Source of the DNA: Massilicoli timonensis
GTDB lineage: Bacteria; Bacillota_I; Bacilli_A; Erysipelotrichales; Erysipelotrichaceae
NCBI RefSeq assembly: GCF_900199515.1
Contig: NZ_LT963434.1
Coordinates: 1,982,180 to 2,014,179, forward strand
DNA: 32,000 bases
Direction of reading: 5' to 3'
The notes under the pieces were generated by a model, which was not told where the DNA came from, searched no databases, and was given only the letters and a program-made list of their open reading frames with translations. A program made the translations under genes and the position numbers. Positions 27,089 through 32,000 of the stretch are shown here, in pieces. Numbering within the stretch: the stretch's first letter is position 1; each line of letters begins with the position of its first letter.

Positions 27089-27818
27089 AACGGATATGGA
27101 CTACTGCAGAGAAATCGCAAAGCATTTTCTGTATATGGATGTTGAAACAAATCATCCGCTTGGAAGACCGTTTATCTATCATCCATATGCTAAATCAGAA
27201 TTTATTATTGATGAAAATGGAAATTTGAACAGCATTGTAGATGATACAGATACATTGGATTATTTTCGTCAGACTATTCTCAAAAGAATAGATAATACTG
27301 ATAGCTATACAGGATTCATATCTGTTTTATGCGATACCTACTTTATGGCTTTTCTAAGATTTACAAAAGATCATGTATCTAAAAAAGATCTATCTCTTTA
27401 TCTGCATCAGGCATGGATAAGCTGCGAATTTCCCAATGCTGATGCAAATCTGAAGAAAAGCCAGTTAGTGAAACTATTCAAAAAGACTGATCCTCGATAT
27501 TTAATGAATGAAGAGGATCTTGAGATGTATGGTTCATTTCAGGATATTCTTACTGTATATAGGGGAACAGGACAAAAAGATAATCAGCATGAAGCTCTTT
27601 CATGGACACTTGACAAAAAGACAGCTGAATGGTTTGCAACCCGATTCAGTGAACATGGATACGTATATCAGGCAAAGATACATAAGAAAGATGTCTTTGC
27701 CTTTTTTAACGGCCGAAATGAACAGGAGATTGTGCTGGATTACAGAAGTCTGCGAGATATATGCAGAAAAAAGGTAAAAAGAAAGGAGAGAAAAAGAAGC
27801 CTTGAGCTTCAGAAATGA
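27072..27818 (+). CDS. hypothetical protein with a C-terminal ADP-ribosyltransferase-like R-S-ExE motif set (tentative)
   Basis: SD AGGAAGGAGAA precedes the start, which overlaps the upstream gene by 17 nt. Motifs: VYRG (R164, 27561-27563), LSWT (S177, 27600-27602), NEQEIVLD (E217/E219, 27720-27728). Basic tail KKVKRKERKR. Confidence 0.7.
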   Translation: MKEADRTDMDYCREIAKHFLYMDVETNHPLGRPFIYHPYAKSEFIIDENGNLNSIVDDTDTLDYFRQTILKRIDNTDSYTGFISVLCDTYFMAFLRFTKDHVSKKDLSLYLHQAWISCEFPNADANLKKSQLVKLFKKTDPRYLMNEEDLEMYGSFQDILTVYRGTGQKDNQHEALSWTLDKKTAEWFATRFSEHGYVYQAKIHKKDVFAFFNGRNEQEIVLDYRSLRDICRKKVKRKERKRSLELQK

Positions 27819-28326
27819 TATGGCAAAAATAGGAAAAATTGAACTTATGAATTTAAAGGAAACCGATAAGGAACTGGAAGCAGATCTAATGTTGAATCAT
27901 GTCTATGTCGGAATGATAGTGATGAAACAGATGAATGATCATTGCAGCGGTATGGAGATAACGATAGGTAAGGAATATATATCTGCTGTTGAAAAGGAGG
28001 CTGAAAAATGTGTGAGGGCAGTAGGCTTTAAGAATTTTTCCAAAGGAAGAGCATTGTCCCTGCTGGCAAAATATATGCTTGGAATGGCGATACAGGAAAG
28101 AAGATATCAGGAAATCCAGTTATCATACGGTCTTGATTACTATCTGGAAGTCATATACAAAAATGATGGTCTAGCAATCTTGCCAGGGAGTGATAAAAAT
28201 ATACTGGATTTTATTGCAGTGATGCTGGATGCTGATGACTCCGTTGATTCAGTGAAGGTTGTTGGAGAAGATACCTTTACAATTGATGTTGATGAAAAGC
28301 ACACTGATGAAAGATATTTTAATTAG
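27802..28326 (+). CDS. hypothetical protein
   Basis: TTG 27802 lies 11 nt after SD AAAGGAGAG; an alternative in-frame ATG is at 27820. 174 aa, no motif recognised. Confidence 0.6.
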   Translation: MSFRNDMAKIGKIELMNLKETDKELEADLMLNHVYVGMIVMKQMNDHCSGMEITIGKEYISAVEKEAEKCVRAVGFKNFSKGRALSLLAKYMLGMAIQERRYQEIQLSYGLDYYLEVIYKNDGLAILPGSDKNILDFIAVMLDADDSVDSVKVVGEDTFTIDVDEKHTDERYFN

Positions 28327-28335
28327 GGAAAAGGA

Positions 28336-29313
28336 GTGATTGAGATAGCAGTTGACAAAACTAAAATTGACGAGCTTCTGAGAAAGAGAGATACAAAGAA
28401 AGATATCTATACCGCACATTCTGAAAAAGAAAATGAATATGTGCAAATGATACAGCCTGTGAGTAAGATTGATGAACCACTGACAATCATTATATGCAGT
28501 GAGGAAAAAGAAAATCAGTATACAGAAATCAGAGATACCTTAGAAAATGTGCTGACTTGCAGTGATATCAGATATCTGAACAGTGTCAATCATCTGGATA
28601 ATGTCAGAAGCCTGATTCTTGATTATTCTTCTTTTACAGATGCTAGTGAAGTTGCCTTTTTGATAAAGGTTTTTGAACTGCTGCACAGGAAAGCTGACAT
28701 TGTTATAGCATATGAGGAGTATACAGAAATCTCAAAGCTGCAAAAAATGATCAGGGATGAAAAAGCAGGGAATCGTGCATATGTTATTCTCTATAAAAAT
28801 CTGAAATCAGATTATGAAAGGCATATGATCATGCTTTCTGAAGCCAAAATACCTAAACAGAAACGAAAACTTCATCTTTCAGGCAGAATGAAAAAGATTA
28901 TGATCATTCTTATGATAGGCATTCTGACACTTCTGTTATTGGCAGGTGGGATTTACTTCTATATGCAGCATAATGTCGGGCAGAACATTCATAACAGGAA
29001 TCTGAATGTTCAGCTGGATATGGGAACAAGTACAATCCTGCCGATAGACAAGATATATGCAGATGATCAGGGATGCCATATCATCGTTGAAGAAATTATC
29101 GAAGGAGAAGAAACGGTGCAAATAGGATTGTACGATCAGGATCAAACAAAGATAGCTGCCGATGTACAGAAAATCGCATGTCCTGAGGAAAAGTGCAACA
29201 GTCACTATGAATTGATTTTCAGCAGAAATGAAGAAGTGAAGTATTATATTCTACAGCTGAGCAATTCCCAGACAACAAGAAATATAGAAATAGATCAGCT
29301 CTATTTCGAGTAA
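28336..29313 (+). CDS. hypothetical single-pass membrane protein
   Basis: 325 aa. About 190-aa N-terminal cytoplasmic part, transmembrane helix IMIILMIGILTLLLLAGGIYFYM, and about 110-aa C-terminal part. The start is uncertain because GTG 28336 overlaps the AAGGAG. Confidence 0.65.
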   Translation: MIEIAVDKTKIDELLRKRDTKKDIYTAHSEKENEYVQMIQPVSKIDEPLTIIICSEEKENQYTEIRDTLENVLTCSDIRYLNSVNHLDNVRSLILDYSSFTDASEVAFLIKVFELLHRKADIVIAYEEYTEISKLQKMIRDEKAGNRAYVILYKNLKSDYERHMIMLSEAKIPKQKRKLHLSGRMKKIMIILMIGILTLLLLAGGIYFYMQHNVGQNIHNRNLNVQLDMGTSTILPIDKIYADDQGCHIIVEEIIEGEETVQIGLYDQDQTKIAADVQKIACPEEKCNSHYELIFSRNEEVKYYILQLSNSQTTRNIEIDQLYFE

Positions 29314-29329
29314 AGACGAGGAGGAATAA

Positions 29330-30433
29330 TTGAATTTCAAAATTACGAAGAAACAGATCAATACAGTAATGGGTCATATATCGAAACTGTTTTCCGTAAC
29401 AGTCATTCTGCCCATATATCATTCTATCTTACTGGAAGTCAAAGAGAATGGAATCATAGTAACGGTAACAGATGGTACAGTCAGCATGAGAGAGTTCATT
29501 CAAGATGAGATTACCGTTTACGAAACAGGAAGCTGCGCCATTGATGGAAGGCTTTTTTATGATATTGTCAAAAAGGCGAATGATACAGTCATATGGATAC
29601 GTCAGGAAAATCATCAGCTGAAGCTCAAAAGCGACAAGGCGGAGATGAAGCTTGTCACTATTGATAGTGAGGCATTTCCACATATCAGCTTTGATTATCC
29701 CAAGACAAGATTCCAGATATATTCCAGAATGCTGACAGAAGCAATAAATAAGACAATTTTTTCAGCCAATGACCAGCAGACGCGACCTGTCCTTGGCGGA
29801 CTGAACTTCAAGGTTAATCAAGATAAGTGCATCATAACTGGAACAGATTCTTATCGATTGTCTCAGGTTGCCAGACCAGTTATCAGCAGCAACGAGATAT
29901 GCATTACGATTCCAAAGAAAATGCTGGGTATGCAGACAGCTTTGTTTGATGAAGACGAGGAACTGTATATCTATTTTGATGAGCACAAGGCATTGATGGC
30001 AAACGACGATATCATCATTCAAAGTGTTCTATTGGATGGAGTATTTCCTGATACGGAACTTCTGATACCAAAGCATTTTGATACAGAAATTTATTTCAAT
30101 CGCATGGCACTTCTGGAAGCTTTGGATAGAACATCCTTTTGTCGTGATGATGGCATTACGATTGTTACCTTTGACCTTCTTAATGATGAGATTGTTCTGA
30201 CAACAGAATCCAAAGAGATAGGTTCCTCTATAGAATCTATTTCTTATGAGAACGTATCAGGAAATAGAAAAGTCCATTTTTCATGTAATCAGCAGTATAT
30301 GATAGAAGCATTAAAGGCTTTTGATACACAAGTATGTGTTCTTCATTTCAATGAAGATTTGAAACCGTTCATTCTTACGGACAGTCAGGATGAAAGCCAT
30401 ATTCAATTGCTTCTGCCTACCAGAAGACATTAG
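29330..30433 (+). CDS. dnaN: DNA polymerase III beta subunit (sliding clamp) homologue encoded by the element
   Basis: TTG start 4 nt after SD GAGGAGGA. 367 aa, which is full clamp length. Collinear with my recollection of Bacillus DnaN: QTRPVLGGLNFKV...TGTDSYRLS; LLDGVFPDTELLIPKHFDTEI...LEALDRTSF; CNQQYMIEALKAF; KPFILTD...IQLLLPTRRH. Confidence 0.9.
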   Translation: MNFKITKKQINTVMGHISKLFSVTVILPIYHSILLEVKENGIIVTVTDGTVSMREFIQDEITVYETGSCAIDGRLFYDIVKKANDTVIWIRQENHQLKLKSDKAEMKLVTIDSEAFPHISFDYPKTRFQIYSRMLTEAINKTIFSANDQQTRPVLGGLNFKVNQDKCIITGTDSYRLSQVARPVISSNEICITIPKKMLGMQTALFDEDEELYIYFDEHKALMANDDIIIQSVLLDGVFPDTELLIPKHFDTEIYFNRMALLEALDRTSFCRDDGITIVTFDLLNDEIVLTTESKEIGSSIESISYENVSGNRKVHFSCNQQYMIEALKAFDTQVCVLHFNEDLKPFILTDSQDESHIQLLLPTRRH

Positions 30434-30442
30434 GGGTGATTG

Positions 30443-31540
30443 ATGTTGGAAAATACAATTGATTATAGAAATGTTTTTGGCAATCGTGAAGAGCAGCTGC
30501 TTCATTTTATGATGGATGACTTTACATATGGAATCATTCGCAACAGATATTCCAGACAGCAATCGGACTATCTGATGAAAAAATATATTGATGATCGCTT
30601 CTATACCCTACATATATTTGAAAATAGCGGGCTCTTGCTAAGAAAAGAGAAGGAATTTGTCGGACTGGTAGATATGAAAGAAAATGTTTTATATTGCAAC
30701 TATTATGGGATGCATAACTATAAGAGGATTCAAGAGGAGTTTACATTGAAGGCAAATGGTATTGAAGGCATAGAAGCAGATATTGAAAAAAGGGTTAATG
30801 AACAATTGAAGAATCTGATTTTTGATAGACGCCATGATCTTGCTAGTCATCGTATCGAAAATGAGGACTATGAACATATGAATACGATTGCCAGAAGAAA
30901 AGCATTGCGTATGTTTATGAAAGAGCCTGATTTTCATAACAAGATGGATGAAAAGACATTGCTTGATTACATGCATGACGAAGATGATTATTTCTTTGAT
31001 CTTGTGAAATCTGAAATGACCTTAAGTGATGATGATATTATTTCTTCATTTTATGATATGAATAAAATCGTTGCTGAAAAGGCGGAAGAGGCTTTTCATA
31101 ATGATAAAATTTTTAAATATCTTTCAAGAAAAGTATATAGAGCATTTAGGACATTGGACGTAATGGATGAAATTATACAGAACCGAAACCATGAATATGA
31201 TCAGTTCTATAAAAGACGAAAAATGATCATGTCGCTGTCAGATATAAATGCTAAAAATGTATCTGTTACAATTGAATACGATAATGATAGAATGACATTC
31301 AAATATGACAGAGAAAAGCTGATTCGCGAAATGTCTGATCCTACACTTATGGACAGTTTCAATTTTGGAAAGGCATTTGAACCTGTCAGGGAGTTTGTCG
31401 AAAACCATAGAAGCGGATACAGAAGCGATTTTGAGTTTTCACATATAGAAAGCATGTCATTCAAAGGAAAGACATTTTATGACAGTAAAGGAACACCTAA
31501 GATGAAGAAAAGAATGACAGAATTAGAAAGAGAAAGATGA
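30443..31540 (+). CDS. hypothetical protein
   Basis: The track starts at TTG 30440; the ATG at 30443 follows SD AGGGGTGA. About 365 aa, helical and charged, with no family recognised. An N-terminal EEQLLHF (30494-30508) weakly resembles a clamp-binding peptide. Confidence 0.65.
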   Translation: MLENTIDYRNVFGNREEQLLHFMMDDFTYGIIRNRYSRQQSDYLMKKYIDDRFYTLHIFENSGLLLRKEKEFVGLVDMKENVLYCNYYGMHNYKRIQEEFTLKANGIEGIEADIEKRVNEQLKNLIFDRRHDLASHRIENEDYEHMNTIARRKALRMFMKEPDFHNKMDEKTLLDYMHDEDDYFFDLVKSEMTLSDDDIISSFYDMNKIVAEKAEEAFHNDKIFKYLSRKVYRAFRTLDVMDEIIQNRNHEYDQFYKRRKMIMSLSDINAKNVSVTIEYDNDRMTFKYDREKLIREMSDPTLMDSFNFGKAFEPVREFVENHRSGYRSDFEFSHIESMSFKGKTFYDSKGTPKMKKRMTELERER

Positions 31541-31558
31541 TGTTCAAATTTGAACATC
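31539..31558. repeat. perfect 20-bp palindrome at a gene junction
   Basis: GATGTTCAAA|TTTGAACATC overlaps the TGA stop (31538-31540) and ends 4 nt before the SD AAAGGAGG (31563-31570) of the next gene. No T-tract follows. Confidence 0.85.
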
Positions 31559-31575
31559 TAATAAAGGAGGAATGA

Positions 31576-32000
31576 ATGGGTCAATATTATCTTGTTGCAA
31601 ATATTGATAAAAAGGAATATATGATTAGTCCTGATTTTGTGAAACTTATGGAATGGTCATATAACTATAACGATCTGATACTGGAAATGGAAAATCACAT
31701 GGCTATGGACTGGAAGGGTGATCATGTCTATGTGATAGGCGATTATGCAGGCAGCGGTGCAGATTGTAGATATACTGAACTGTTAAAAGAAATAGAAGAT
31801 AAGTTGAACATTGATACAGAAAGAGATTCTATCTTTGACAGAGTTTATAGTGAATTCAAGAAATTGCCAGTTCGCGAAGGTCTGAAAAAATATCGATATA
31901 TTGTGAATCATGCAGCTAAGGAATATATCGATAATGATCATTGCCCTTACAAGGAAAACATGGGGAGCTGGGAAGAAAATGGTAAGATTTTATCCGCAAC
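31576..32000 (+). CDS. hypothetical protein, 3'-truncated by the window edge (absent from the ORF track)
   Basis: ATG 31576 lies 5 nt after SD AAAGGAGG. The frame is open to the last base (MGQYYLVANIDKKEYMISPDFVKLMEWSYNYNDL...GDHVYVIGDYAGSG...). Confidence 0.7.
   Translation, partial: MGQYYLVANIDKKEYMISPDFVKLMEWSYNYNDLILEMENHMAMDWKGDHVYVIGDYAGSGADCRYTELLKEIEDKLNIDTERDSIFDRVYSEFKKLPVREGLKKYRYIVNHAAKEYIDNDHCPYKENMGSWEENGKILSA

Larger units (their letters stand above)
1..32000 (+). mobile_element. internal segment of a Gram-positive conjugative element (ICE or conjugative plasmid) with a VirB4/VirD4/PrgI/TrbL-type T4SS and a MOBP-like relaxase
   Basis: VirB4, VirD4, PrgI-like, VirB6-like, peptidoglycan hydrolases, sortase-anchored adhesin, DUF3846 and relaxase all occur on one strand. 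Element ends are not in the window. Confidence 0.9.

Noticed and set aside
8094-27777. Nested alternative-frame + strand ORFs (8094..8330, 10700..10981, 19307..19510, 21424..21606, 23111..23317, 27508..27777).
   Set aside because: Each is wholly or largely contained within a longer gene with recognisable domains, and none has an independent RBS or motif.
2812-31464. About 45 minus-strand ORFs of 60-122 aa listed in the track (for example 2812..3102, 13305..13664, 23696..24064, 26714..27037).
   Set aside because: Every one lies antisense to a longer + strand ORF that has motifs or a Shine-Dalgarno. Their products are low-complexity, Cys/Ser/Phe/Ile-rich sequences typical of shadow frames in AT-rich DNA, and none has a convincing RBS.
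1-32000. Search for an integrase or recombinase, att repeats, a transposase, a CRISPR array, rRNA/tRNA, a reverse transcriptase, or toxin-antitoxin pairs.
   Set aside because: I found none by eye. The small overlapping pair 16850..17176 / 17173..17430 has TA-like geometry but no recognisable toxin or antitoxin motif, so I did not call it.

Overview
Visibly AT-rich 32-kb segment of a Gram-positive (Bacillota-type) conjugative element. No integrase, replication initiator, partition gene or att site is visible, so ICE and conjugative plasmid cannot be told apart. All ~36 credible genes are on the + strand and tightly packed, with many overlapping stop/start junctions; the minus-strand ORFs in the track look like antisense shadows. 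Layout: (i) 1-4400, accessory genes: a helical-repeat protein, an AT-hook protein, an exported CAP-domain protein and an ORF with no canonical start. (ii) 4505-17430, the mating-pair-formation block: a giant sortase-anchored NlpC/P60 plus Cna-B-repeat adhesin, an Ig-like lipoprotein, a VirB2/TrbC-like small protein, a VirB6/TrbL-like protein, PrgI/VirB3-like, the VirB4 ATPase and an M23 peptidase. (iii) 17431-17931, the only large non-coding gap, holding a candidate MOBP-type oriT (hairpin followed by TATCCTG|C) preceded by CGATAC / GTATCATG repeats. (iv) 17932-19581, a self-contained cassette (own extended -10 promoter and terminator) encoding an AAA-ATPase-like plus PD-(D/E)XK protein. (v) 19685-26510, the DNA-processing block: an XRE-HTH plus ribbon-helix-helix fusion, a DUF3846 protein, a MOBP-like relaxase, and a VirD4 coupling protein with an unusual ~125-aa insertion after its P-loop. 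(vi) 26525-32000, a chain of seven closely spaced or overlapping genes of mostly unknown function. It includes a protein with an ADP-ribosyltransferase-like R-S-ExE motif set and a full-length element-encoded DNA polymerase III beta sliding clamp (DnaN) homologue. This block is my best candidate for an undescribed establishment or anti-defence module. No rRNA, tRNA, CRISPR array or transposase was recognised.
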